This document shows positions 37,992-47,269 of a DNA stretch of 64,000 nucleotides, one piece after another (the stretch's first letter is position 1; each line of letters opens with the position of its first letter). A model generated the notes under the pieces. The model had not been told where the DNA came from, made no database searches, and was given only the letters and a program-made list of their open reading frames with translations. Origin of the DNA: an uncultured delta proteobacterium (GTDB lineage: Bacteria > Desulfobacterota > Binatia > UBA9968); assembly GCA_963771465.1 (NCBI GenBank), contig CAVYTU010000014.1:1024001-1088000 (forward strand). The letters are read 5' to 3'. A program made the translations under genes and the position numbers.

Positions 37992-38193
37992 AAAATTCGA
38001 AATCCGAAATCGAAACAAATTCAAATGCCGAAACAGAACGCACGAAATCCGAAGCACGAAGCTCGAAACAATTTCAAATGACCAAAAACACAATGTTCCA
38101 AACAACGGTGATTCGGATTCGAGGTTTTGGATTTTCCGGTTTTGGGATTTGGCCGGGTTTGTTTCGGATTTCGATATTCGGATTTCGGATTTT
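37992..38193. repeat. Large heptamer (CGAAATC/GATTTCG) inverted array
   Basis: AAAATTCGAAATCCGAAATCGAAACAAA... opposite ...TTTGTTTCGGATTTCGATATTCGGATTTCGGATTTT; the left arm has two internal direct copies. Confidence 0.85.
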
Positions 38194-38205
38194 CTTTAAC
38201 GATAC

Positions 38206-39081
38206 ATGAAGAACTTCGATTACCTGGAGCCATGTACCGTCGCCGAAGCGTGCGCGCTGCTGAAACAACATGGCGGCGAGGCGAAAGTGTTTGCCGGCGG
38301 GTCGCATTTGACGATTCTCATGAAACAGGGGCTCTTGGAGCCCAAGTCTTTGATCAACATCAAAAAGATTCCTGAACTCAAAGGGATTTTCTACGACGCG
38401 ACCGAGGGTTTGACCATCGGCGCCTTGGTGACGCACCGCGAGCTCGAAACTTCCGTGCTGGTGCGAGAGAAATTCCCCGTGCTGTGCGAAGCGGAAAGAG
38501 AAGTCGCCAATATCCGCGTGCGCAACATGGGCACCGTCGGCGGCAATCTCGCTTCCGGTGAACCGCTTACTGACTTGGCGCAAATTTTTATTGCCCTCGA
38601 CGGCACGGCAAAAATCGCCGGGCCGAGCGGACAGCGGGCGATTCTAATCGAGGAATTGTTTCTCGACTTTTACACCACCAGCTTGGCCGAAGACGAGATT
38701 CTCACGCAGGTGGTGTTGCCGCCGCTGCCGCCGCGCTTGGGCATCGACTACATTCGCTTCTCCAGCAGCTCCGTTGTTGACAAGCCGTCGGCCGGCGTGG
38801 CGGTGCGGCTGACATTAGATAGCGGAGCTGAGACGATTCAAACCGCGCGCATCGTGCTCGGCTGCGTCGGTGCGACGCCAGTCAGAGCGCGCAAAGCCGA
38901 AGCGTTGTTAATAGGAAAAAAAATAACTGCCGAGTTGGCCCAAGAAGTCGGCAGCGTCGCGTCGCAAGAATGCAGCCCGACTAACGACCTGCGCGGCTCA
39001 GAGCAATATAAGCGCGCGATTGTTAAGACGCTGGTGAAGCGCGCGGCGGTGAAAGCATATGAAAACGCACCGGGGCTTTAA
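38206..39081 (+). CDS. Xanthine dehydrogenase/CoxM-family FAD-binding subunit
   Basis: F.Y..P, AGG..L, IGALVT, A...VRN.GT.GGNL, D.RGS..YK. Confidence 0.9.
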   Translation: MKNFDYLEPCTVAEACALLKQHGGEAKVFAGGSHLTILMKQGLLEPKSLINIKKIPELKGIFYDATEGLTIGALVTHRELETSVLVREKFPVLCEAEREVANIRVRNMGTVGGNLASGEPLTDLAQIFIALDGTAKIAGPSGQRAILIEELFLDFYTTSLAEDEILTQVVLPPLPPRLGIDYIRFSSSSVVDKPSAGVAVRLTLDSGAETIQTARIVLGCVGATPVRARKAEALLIGKKITAELAQEVGSVASQECSPTNDLRGSEQYKRAIVKTLVKRAAVKAYENAPGL

Positions 39082-40113
39082 ATGACAGTTGTCGGTCGGC
39101 AAGAATCTATTTGCAGAAAGAATATGAGAATGCCCACGATTAGAAAGACAATGGTCTGTCTACTATTTGTGGTGAGTTTGCTTACCGTTGCTCACGTTGA
39201 GGCGCAGCCGCAGGCAAGACTATTAAAGATTGGCTGGCTCGCAGTCCGTCCCGCCTCCGCGGCTTTCTCGATCGAGTCGTTCCAGCGAGAGTTCGGTAGA
39301 CTCGGCTATGTTAACGGAAAGAATATAATCTTCGAGTATCGATACGCCGAGGGTAAGCTCGACCGGCTCCCTGCACTGGCTGATGAGTTGGTCCGTCGCA
39401 AAGTTGACGTGCTGATCGCGCCCAATACGCCTGCTGCCCTAGCCGCCAAGAACGCTACCAAGACTATCCCCATCGTTTTTATAGACGTTACTGATCCTAT
39501 TGCAGCTGGGCTGATTGATAGCTTGGCGCGGCCCGGGGGAAACATTACCGGGTTTACCACTATTGGTTCGGTGTTGGTCGGCAAACGGCTCGAGTTGCTC
39601 AAGGAAACCGTTCCCAGGCTTTCCCGCGTTGCGGTGCTGTGGAATCCACAGGATGCAAGCTCTGTGCAGATTTGGAAAGAAAGCCAACTGCAGGCAAGAG
39701 AACTGGGGCTGCAACTTCATTCCATGGAGGTAGGGAGCGATGATAAATTAGAGGGAGCGTTCAAACAGGCGATTAAGGTGCGCAGCGAAGCTCTCGCCTC
39801 GATGGGGGGCCAGCTGGGCACTAGTGGAAACGATGCAGCAAAATTGGCGAATAAATATCGCCTGCCGGCGATTTACTCTCGACAACCTGTTGTCGAGAGT
39901 GGCGGCCTAATGTCCTACGGCCCCGACCGGGACGAAGGTTTCAGGCGAGCCGCCGTTTTTGTCGATAAGATCCTGAAGGGAACCAAGCCCGCCGACATTC
40001 CGGTTGAGCAGCCGATGACTTTTGAGCTAGCGATCAATTTGAAAACCGCCAAGGCGTTGGGCCTGACGATTCCGCCGATCGTGCTGATGCGGGCGACGAA
40101 GGTGGTCAAATAA
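39082..40113 (+). CDS. ABC_sub_bind-type substrate-binding protein (orphan, within the Xdh gene set)
   Basis: AQPQ...KIG.L, LGY..GKNI.FEYR.AEG..DRL, SLARPGGNITG, KRLELLKE, GGLMSYGP, KPADIPVEQP. Start is uncertain (39082-39151). Confidence 0.9.
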   Translation: MTVVGRQESICRKNMRMPTIRKTMVCLLFVVSLLTVAHVEAQPQARLLKIGWLAVRPASAAFSIESFQREFGRLGYVNGKNIIFEYRYAEGKLDRLPALADELVRRKVDVLIAPNTPAALAAKNATKTIPIVFIDVTDPIAAGLIDSLARPGGNITGFTTIGSVLVGKRLELLKETVPRLSRVAVLWNPQDASSVQIWKESQLQARELGLQLHSMEVGSDDKLEGAFKQAIKVRSEALASMGGQLGTSGNDAAKLANKYRLPAIYSRQPVVESGGLMSYGPDRDEGFRRAAVFVDKILKGTKPADIPVEQPMTFELAINLKTAKALGLTIPPIVLMRATKVVK

Positions 40114-40156
40114 GGCAAAAGTAAAAATTAAAAAGAAAAAACTGAAAATTGAAAAG
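40114..40156 (+). repeat. A-rich heptamer array, copy 3
   Basis: GGCAAAAGTAAAAATTAAAAAGAAAAAACTGAAAATTGAAAAG immediately after the stop. Confidence 0.65.
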
Positions 40157-40179
40157 GGCGCATCTTTTGTTTCTCGATC

Positions 40180-40644
40180 ATGAAAAAAACTATTTCACTC
40201 AAGGTTAACGGCGGCGAGCGCAGCTTGGAAGTCGAAGCGCGGACGACTTTGCTCGATATGGTGCGCGAGCAATTCGGTCTCACGGGCGCGAAGCTTGGTT
40301 GCGATATTCAAGTTTGTGGCGCTTGCACTTTGCTGGTGGACGGCAACCCGGTGAGCGCTTGTTCGATGTTGGCCGTCGACGTGGACGGCGCGGCGGTTGA
40401 AACCATCGAGGGGTTGAGCAAGAAAGACGCGCTTCATCCGTTGCAGGAAGCCTTCATGGAGTTCGGTGCGTTGCAGTGCGGCTACTGCACTTCCGGCTTC
40501 ATTCTTACCGCCAAGGCGCTGCTGGCTGAGTGTCCGCGGCCGTCGGAGGAACAGATTCGCGATTACCTGGCGGGCAATTTTTGCCGCTGTGGTTGTTATC
40601 AGGAGATCGTGCAAGCGATTAAGAACGTCGTGGGGAAGTCGTGA
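40180..40644 (+). CDS. Xanthine dehydrogenase/CoxS-family 2Fe-2S subunit
   Basis: GC....CGACT...C and QCGYC...N.CRC. Confidence 0.95.
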   Translation: MKKTISLKVNGGERSLEVEARTTLLDMVREQFGLTGAKLGCDIQVCGACTLLVDGNPVSACSMLAVDVDGAAVETIEGLSKKDALHPLQEAFMEFGALQCGYCTSGFILTAKALLAECPRPSEEQIRDYLAGNFCRCGCYQEIVQAIKNVVGKS

Positions 40645-40704
40645 TCGTGGCTCGTGCTCGTGATCGGACGAACACGAAGCAGGAAGCGCGGACACGAGCG
40701 CGAT
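40639..40704. repeat. Hexamer (TCGTGN/NCACGA) inverted array
   Basis: TCGTGA TCGTGG CTCGTG CTCGTG ATCG then ACGAACACGA..CACGAGCGCGA; contains the coxS-like stop. Confidence 0.6.
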
Positions 40705-40743
40705 TGATGTGCGAAGGGCGCAACTGGAATACGGAAAAAGAAA

Positions 40744-43065
40744 ATGGAACTGGCAGATATCGGCAAAACTTTTCGCCGGCTGGATTACGAGACTAAAGTC
40801 ACCGGACGGGCGCAGTATTTGGCCGACATGAGTGTGCCGGGGATGTTGCATGGGAAAATTCTTCGCAGTCCGTATCCCCATGCGCGAATCGCGCGCATCG
40901 ATGCGACCAAGGCAGAGAAATTTCCCGGCGTGATGGCGGTGCTAACGCGGGACGATATTTTGCACGATGAAGGCATCGAGCCATATTACGGGCCGGTGTT
41001 TAAAGATCAGACCATCGTCGCGACGGAAAAAGTGCGCCATGTCGGCGATCCGGTGGCTGCCGTCGCGGCATTGACGGTCGACGCTGCTGAAGCGGCGCTG
41101 AAGCTGATCGAAGTCGACTATGAAGAGTTGCCGGCGGTTTTGCATATCGACGACGCGATAAAACCGGGTGCGATGTTGGTGCACGATTCGGTTAAGTTGC
41201 CGACTTCCGGTTTCGCCGATCTCGCCGAGTTAAAGCCCATCGAAGGGACGAATCTCTGCACGCATTTCCGGCTCAACCGCGGCGACATCGACAAAGGTTT
41301 CGCCGAAGCGGATCATGTTTTTGAAGATACGTTCACTCTGCCGGCGACGCAGCATAGTTTTCTAGAGACCCACGCGTGCATCGCGTCGGTGGAGCCGGGC
41401 GGGCGGATTACGGTTTGGGCAACGACGCAAAATCCCTTCGTCGTGCGCACGCAGCTGGCGAATATTTTCAAAGTTCCGGTAGCCAAGGTGCGCGTCGTCG
41501 TGCCCTATCTCGGCGGCGGCTACGGCGGCAAGGTTTATCCGAAGGTCGAACCGATCACCGTCGCGCTGTCGCAAAAGGCCGGCCGGCCGGTGCGGATTAT
41601 TCTGACGCGCGAAGAAGTCTTCTACACGATCACCAAACATGCCGCGGTGATCCGCATGAAGACCGGCGTTAAAAAAGACGGAACGCTGATCGCGCGTGAG
41701 TGCGAGATCCATCTTGACACCGGCGCTTACGCCGAGATCGGCCCACGGGTGGCGAAGAAGTCCGGCTATACTGCCGCCGGGCCGTACAAAATTCCCAACT
41801 TGAAAATCGATTCCTATTCGGTCTACACCAACAAGCCGCCGGCCGGGGCGTTTCGCGGCTTCGGCGTGTCGCAGTCGGCGTGGGCGGTGGAATCGCAAAT
41901 GGACATCATTGCCGCTACGCTGAAGATGGATGCCGTCGCTCTGCGCAAACAGAACGGCTACAACGAAGGCGACAAGTTCGTCACCGAAGAGACGCTGCGC
42001 GCGGTGGGATTGAAAGAGTGCATCGACGAGGTGGCCAAGTCGATCGGATGGGATTCCAATCGGTTCAAGAATTCAAAAGCTCAAGTTTCAATCGGATCGA
42101 GTCTGCGGCGCGGTAAAGGGTTGGCTTGCATGATCAAGGCGACGATCACGCCGTCGATTTCCTGCGCGGTGGTGAAGCTTAACGAAGATGCGAGTCTATC
42201 CCTATATACCGGCACTGTTGAGATGGGGCAGGGTTCGGAGACGGTTTTGGCTCAGATCGCCGGCAAGGAGTTGGGCATTGCGCTGCAAACCATTCAAGTT
42301 CTTGGCGTCGACACCGATGTGGTGCCCTACGATTTGACCACTTCATCGAGCCGGTCGACCTTTCACATGGGTAAAGCGGTGCAGCTTGCCGCTCAAGACA
42401 TCATGCGCCAGCTCAAGCAGATCGTTATCGATGAATACGGTGTGCCGGAAGATAAGATTAATTTCGCCGACGGCAAGATTCGCCTGCCGGAAGCACAGCT
42501 CGATTACGCCGAAGTCATGTTCAAACGCTTCGGCATGCAGGGTGGAACGCTCGTCGGTGAAGGGCAAGTGAAGACTTCGACCAAAGATGAATTTGGCGAG
42601 AAGAGCACCTCGGCGTTTTGGTTTCTCGCCGCCGGCGCTGCCGAAGTCGAAGTCGACGTGGACACCGGTAAATTCAAACTGATCAAATACGCCAGCGCCG
42701 TGGATGTCGGCAAGGCGCTCAATCCGCTCGGCTGCCGCCAACAGCTTAACGGCGCGGCGATCACCGGTATGGGCCAGGCCATGTTCGAAGAGATCGCCTA
42801 CGATAACGGCCAACTAATTAACCCCAATTTCGTCGACTACGTGTTGCCGTCGCTCGGCGACATGCCGGCGACGATCGATGCGATCACCGTCGAAGTGCCG
42901 GATCGCAACGGTCCGTTCGGTGCCAAAGGCATCGGCGAGAGCGCTCTGATTCCAGTCGCGCCGGCGATCGCCAACGCGATCTATGACGCAGTCGGCGTGC
43001 GCATCAAAGATCTGCCAATCAAGGCGGAGAAGATCTTTCTTGCGTTGAACGAAACCAAGGTTTAG
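40744..43065 (+). CDS. Xanthine dehydrogenase family molybdopterin-binding subunit
   Basis: KVTG.A.Y..D, RSPYPHARI, GGGYGGK, GAFRGFG, EMGQG, GAKGIGE, PAIANA. Confidence 0.93.
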   Translation: MELADIGKTFRRLDYETKVTGRAQYLADMSVPGMLHGKILRSPYPHARIARIDATKAEKFPGVMAVLTRDDILHDEGIEPYYGPVFKDQTIVATEKVRHVGDPVAAVAALTVDAAEAALKLIEVDYEELPAVLHIDDAIKPGAMLVHDSVKLPTSGFADLAELKPIEGTNLCTHFRLNRGDIDKGFAEADHVFEDTFTLPATQHSFLETHACIASVEPGGRITVWATTQNPFVVRTQLANIFKVPVAKVRVVVPYLGGGYGGKVYPKVEPITVALSQKAGRPVRIILTREEVFYTITKHAAVIRMKTGVKKDGTLIARECEIHLDTGAYAEIGPRVAKKSGYTAAGPYKIPNLKIDSYSVYTNKPPAGAFRGFGVSQSAWAVESQMDIIAATLKMDAVALRKQNGYNEGDKFVTEETLRAVGLKECIDEVAKSIGWDSNRFKNSKAQVSIGSSLRRGKGLACMIKATITPSISCAVVKLNEDASLSLYTGTVEMGQGSETVLAQIAGKELGIALQTIQVLGVDTDVVPYDLTTSSSRSTFHMGKAVQLAAQDIMRQLKQIVIDEYGVPEDKINFADGKIRLPEAQLDYAEVMFKRFGMQGGTLVGEGQVKTSTKDEFGEKSTSAFWFLAAGAAEVEVDVDTGKFKLIKYASAVDVGKALNPLGCRQQLNGAAITGMGQAMFEEIAYDNGQLINPNFVDYVLPSLGDMPATIDAITVEVPDRNGPFGAKGIGESALIPVAPAIANAIYDAVGVRIKDLPIKAEKIFLALNETKV

Positions 43066-43081
43066 TCTCAAGTTTGTGAGA

Positions 43082-43525
43082 ATGATTGTGAATTCCAAGG
43101 CTCGCATGCTTAGCGTGATCGCTTTTGTAATGCTTCTTTCAGCCTGTATGACGGAAGCCCTGGAACGGCAGGCCGAGCAGATTCGTCAACAGAACGAAGA
43201 GATTATGCGGCAGCGCCAGGAACTCGAAGCGCTGGCTGCTGGGAAACAGGTGCAGAATCGCCAGCAGCAGGACTGCAGCCGCGCCTTCCGCGAATATTTC
43301 GACAAAGCTCAGTTGTCGACCAACCGCGATGAAGTGATCTCGCTCTATCGCAAGGGATTGGAACTATGCCCGGACGACGACGTGGCTCACTACGAATTTG
43401 GCCGCGCTCTGGCCGACGCTGGACGGCGCGACGAAGCTGAAAAAGAGTTCGAAGCGGCGCTCAGGATCAATCCCGGTTTCGGAGAGGCGCGCCGCCAACT
43501 CGATGTCCTACGAGCCAATCGCTAG
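43082..43525 (+). CDS. TPR-containing lipoprotein
   Basis: Lipobox LSAC, coiled coil, TPR (AHYEFGRAL...AL.INP). Confidence 0.75.
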   Translation: MIVNSKARMLSVIAFVMLLSACMTEALERQAEQIRQQNEEIMRQRQELEALAAGKQVQNRQQQDCSRAFREYFDKAQLSTNRDEVISLYRKGLELCPDDDVAHYEFGRALADAGRRDEAEKEFEAALRINPGFGEARRQLDVLRANR

Positions 43526-43588
43526 CGCTTTCACACTGTCGCACTTTACTCAGCACTCCGGTACACTTCGTGTACCACGGGTTGGATC

Positions 43589-44359
43589 ATGAGAACGCTC
43601 GCTGCGATCACGTTTGTGCTGGTAATGGCATGCTCCGGGCACGCCCTCGATGAGAAAAAACTTGTCGATCTGACTTACGAATTCAGCGCCGAAACTCATC
43701 ATTGGCCGACCGCGAAACCATTTCACTTTGAAAAAGTTGCCGAAGGCAGGACGCCCGGCGGCTTTTGGTATTCCTCCTACAATTACGGCGGCTCGGAGCA
43801 TGTCGGCACGCACATGGACGCGCCGTTTCATTTCGCCGAGGGAAAATGGACCGCCGAGCAGATTCCACTTTCACGCCTGATTGGACCTGGAGTGGTCATC
43901 GACGTTAGCCGGCAAGCGGGGAAAGACGCCGACTATACGTTGCAGCTTGGCGACTTGCGCGCTTGGGAAAAGGCCCACGGTCGGATTCCTACCGGCGCGA
44001 TCCTGCTGATCCGTTCGGGTTGGGGTAAATTCTGGGGCGACCGTAAACGTTACTTCGGCACCGACGCTCCGGGCGACACCGACAATCTCCATTTTCCTGG
44101 ACTGGCCAAAGAGGCAGCTGACTTTCTGGTCAAACAGCGGCGCATCAAAGCCGTCGGCATTGATACACCGAGCATCGATCACGGGCCGTCGCGGGATTTT
44201 ATCACCCATCAAATACTCGGCGCTGCGAACCTGGTGATTTTCGAGAATGTCGCCGGCTTGGAGCGGGTGCCGGCCAAGGGTGCGACGGTTTACGCGATTC
44301 CGATGAAAATCAAAGGCGGTAGCGGCGCGCCGCTACGCATCTTTGCCGTCCTACCCTAA
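43589..44359 (+). CDS. Cyclase family protein (kynurenine formamidase/isatin hydrolase-like)
   Basis: HVGTHMDAPFHF (HxGTHxDxPxH), GIDT.S.D, FENV, GGSGAP.R; N-terminal signal peptide. Confidence 0.9.
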   Translation: MRTLAAITFVLVMACSGHALDEKKLVDLTYEFSAETHHWPTAKPFHFEKVAEGRTPGGFWYSSYNYGGSEHVGTHMDAPFHFAEGKWTAEQIPLSRLIGPGVVIDVSRQAGKDADYTLQLGDLRAWEKAHGRIPTGAILLIRSGWGKFWGDRKRYFGTDAPGDTDNLHFPGLAKEAADFLVKQRRIKAVGIDTPSIDHGPSRDFITHQILGAANLVIFENVAGLERVPAKGATVYAIPMKIKGGSGAPLRIFAVLP

Positions 44360-44481
44360 GGCTTCGTCCTAACGTTTTGGCGTACAACGTACTGACTGTT
44401 AAGCTGTGGACATTGATTCGATTTTGCAATAATAGGACAAAGCCGATAAACTTTGCGGCGCTTGTAAAAGGGGGAAACTGT

Positions 44482-45888
44482 ATGGCCCGGGGTACGAGGA
44501 ATTTCACAGCCAGGATGTGCGCCATTTCATTGGCAGCGGGTTGCTTGTTTATGGTTTCGGCCCAAGCGGCGGAGATTCAAATGCAGGTTCAAGCGGCGCC
44601 GGCCACTCCCGGTTCGCCATCGCCGACGGGAAAACTTCTCACCATCGAAGATGCGGTGCGTATAGGCTTGGAAAACCATCCGCGGATTAAATCGGCCGGT
44701 GAGAGAATCCTTTCCCAGCAAGCTGTGCTCGGTCAACAAATGTCGGCTTATTACCCAACGGTCAACCTCAGCAATCAATTACGCACTAGTGTTAGCAGCT
44801 CCGACGGCGGCAATGATCATTCCGCGGATTTGGCATCGAGCATAGCTAACTTCAGCATGATTCTTTATAACTTCGGCAAGCGGGAAGGCAACGTACAGGC
44901 AGCGCGGGAGACCCTCGGCGCGACCCAGCAGGATTATGCCACGACGACTCAGGATACCGTTCTTGCGATTAAACAGGCTTACTATGTTTACTTGGGGAGT
45001 CAGGCGCTCGTCAAAGTGCGCCAGGAGACGGTGCGCAATCGCGAACTCCTGGTGAACCAAGCAAAAGGATTTTTCGAAGTTGGCACGCGCGCCAAAATTG
45101 ACGTAGCGCGCGCTGAGGCCAACCTTTTCTCCGCGCAAGCCGATCTGATCGCTGCCGAAAACGGCGTGAAGATTGCCTGGGTAACTCTGCGCAACGCGAT
45201 GGGTTCGCCGCGGTTGCCGGAGCAGCCGGTTGCCGCAGATTCCCCCGAAGTCGAGTTCTCAACGAACTTGGCGGGCGCAAGGAGCATCGCTTTCGACGCG
45301 CGCAGCGAATTGAAAAGCTTCGAGTCGCAAAGAAAAGCCTCGGATCAATTGATCGCTGTGGCGCGCCGCGGGCACTTGCCTGATCTTAATTTCGATGCCA
45401 ACTATGGACGGCGGCATGTGAGCGACGAAAGAACGAACAGCCGCGGTCTAAGTCTCTTTCCGCTTCAGGAGACCTGGATGGTCCAGCTCAGTTTCAATAT
45501 TCCGATCTTCGACGGCTTTCGCACCACGCAAAGAGTCGAAGAAACTTTGCACAACTATTATAACGTCCGGGCCCAGGAAGAGGACCGTCGCCAGCTGATT
45601 GCGCTCGAGGTCGAGCAAAGTTATCTTAGGGTGGTGGAAACCCAGGAACGGATCAAAGCTAACGAGTCCGCGGCCAAGGCCTCCAAGGAAAACCTCGATT
45701 TGGCCCAGGGCCGCTATCAAGTCGGGGTTGGTTCGATCATCGAAGTGACTGACGCCGAGACTCTTTACACCGACGCGCAAACAACCTATATACGGACCGT
45801 TTATGAATACAAAATAGCCGATGCCCAACTCGCCCGGGCGATGGGAGATAGCCGAGTCGGCGTCCTAAAGCCGGGATCGATCAAGTAG
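44482..45888 (+). CDS. TolC family outer membrane efflux protein
   Basis: Two OEP repeats, IPIFDG, RY.VG......V.DA; first gene of the RND operon. Confidence 0.9.
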   Translation: MARGTRNFTARMCAISLAAGCLFMVSAQAAEIQMQVQAAPATPGSPSPTGKLLTIEDAVRIGLENHPRIKSAGERILSQQAVLGQQMSAYYPTVNLSNQLRTSVSSSDGGNDHSADLASSIANFSMILYNFGKREGNVQAARETLGATQQDYATTTQDTVLAIKQAYYVYLGSQALVKVRQETVRNRELLVNQAKGFFEVGTRAKIDVARAEANLFSAQADLIAAENGVKIAWVTLRNAMGSPRLPEQPVAADSPEVEFSTNLAGARSIAFDARSELKSFESQRKASDQLIAVARRGHLPDLNFDANYGRRHVSDERTNSRGLSLFPLQETWMVQLSFNIPIFDGFRTTQRVEETLHNYYNVRAQEEDRRQLIALEVEQSYLRVVETQERIKANESAAKASKENLDLAQGRYQVGVGSIIEVTDAETLYTDAQTTYIRTVYEYKIADAQLARAMGDSRVGVLKPGSIK

Positions 45889-45921
45889 GCCAGAGCCGAG
45901 AAAGGGGTTAAGTTAGACCCT

Positions 45922-47269
45922 ATGAAGCGTTCTCTTTGGATAGTTGCATTTCTTGTCGTCGTCGGCGGATTCGCCGGCTTTCAGCAGTATCAATCCTGGT
46001 CACTCAATAAACCCCAAGGCGATTCCGCCGCGAAATTACCGGAAGGGGTTGAAAGTGGGTCCGGCGGCGAACGCGGCGCTGGTGCTGGCCGTGGTCAAGG
46101 CCGCGCTGGTGGCGCGCAAGGGCAAGACCAAGGCCGCGGCGCCGGACGAGCGCGCGGCGGTGAAGCGGTGCCCGTTCTGGTGGCAACGGCCATCCAAAAG
46201 GCCGTGCCGTTACAAATTCGGGCCGTTGGTAACGTCGGAGCCTTACACCACTGTTTCCGTGAAAAGCCAAGTCACCGGTGCGCTCCAGCAGGCCCATTTC
46301 AAAGAAGGCCAGGATGTAAAGAAAGGCCAACTACTTTTTACCGTCGACCCACGTCCCTTCGAAGCGGCACTCAAGCAGGCCGAAGCCAACATGGCGCGCG
46401 ACAATGCCCAACTCAAAAACCTACGGGAACAGGTTCGGCGCTACGCTGAGCTGGTCGAGAAAAACTACGTCTCGCGCGAACAATACGATCAAATTAGAAC
46501 TAACGCCGATGCCGCGGAATCGGTAGTAGATGCGGACAAAGCCGCCGTTGACAACGCGAAAGTTCAGCTAAGTTATTGTTACATCTATGCTCCAGTGGGC
46601 GGCCGGGTTGGCAGCCTGTTGATCAACGAAGGAAACTTGATTCGGCTCAATGACGGCGCGCCGTTGGTAGTCATCAATCAAATCAATCCGATCAATGTCA
46701 CGTTCGCCGTGCCCGAACAGAATCTGGCAGATCTAAAAAGGCATATGGCTGGCGGCAAATTGAAGGCGGATGCGCGATTCCAATCGGATGAAGGGCGGCC
46801 AGAACAAGGCGTCTTAGCCTTTGTCGATAACGCTGTTGATCGATCGACGGGCACCATTAAATTGAAAGCCGAGTTCATCAACCAGGAAAGACGTCTTTGG
46901 CCTGGTCAATTCGTTAACGTCGCGCTGACGTTGGCGACCCAGGCGGATGCCGTGGTGATTCCCTCGGAAGCGGTCCAAGTTGGTCAGGAAGGCCAGTATG
47001 TTTTCGTGGTCAAAGCCGATAAGCGCGTTGAAGTTAGACCGGTGACGCTTGGCAGCACGAATGAAGGCATAGCGATCATCGCCAAAGGCCTCGCCGTCGG
47101 CGAACAGGTTGTGCGTGAAGGCCAGTTTTTGCTTGGCCCGGAATCGCGGGTGGACATCAAGGACGCGAGCGGCGTGACCGAGAAAACCGCGGAAACGGGC
47201 AAGAAGGGTCGTGCTGAGAACCGCAAGAGAGATCGTACCAAGGCAGAAGAAAAAAGAGGTGAGTCATGA
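45922..47269 (+). CDS. RND efflux periplasmic adaptor (MdtA-like), one apparent frameshift near 46238
   Basis: N-terminus to AVGNV is in one frame; EPYTTVSVKSQV.G...F.EGQ.VKKG.LL..DP.P onward is in another. One extra G in GTCGGAG. Confidence 0.85.

Noticed and set aside
37992-38193. CRISPR array
   Set aside because: Degenerate 7-mers in inverted arms with no constant repeat and unique spacers; no cas genes.
38206-43065. Aerobic CO dehydrogenase or 4-hydroxybenzoyl-CoA reductase
   Set aside because: The large subunit has AFRGFG rather than the form I AYxCSFR, and the FAD subunit lacks the Cys-rich 4Fe-4S insert of HcrB.
46225-46250. Programmed ribosomal frameshift in the MFP gene
   Set aside because: No slippery heptamer; a single extra G is more simply a sequencing error or mutation.
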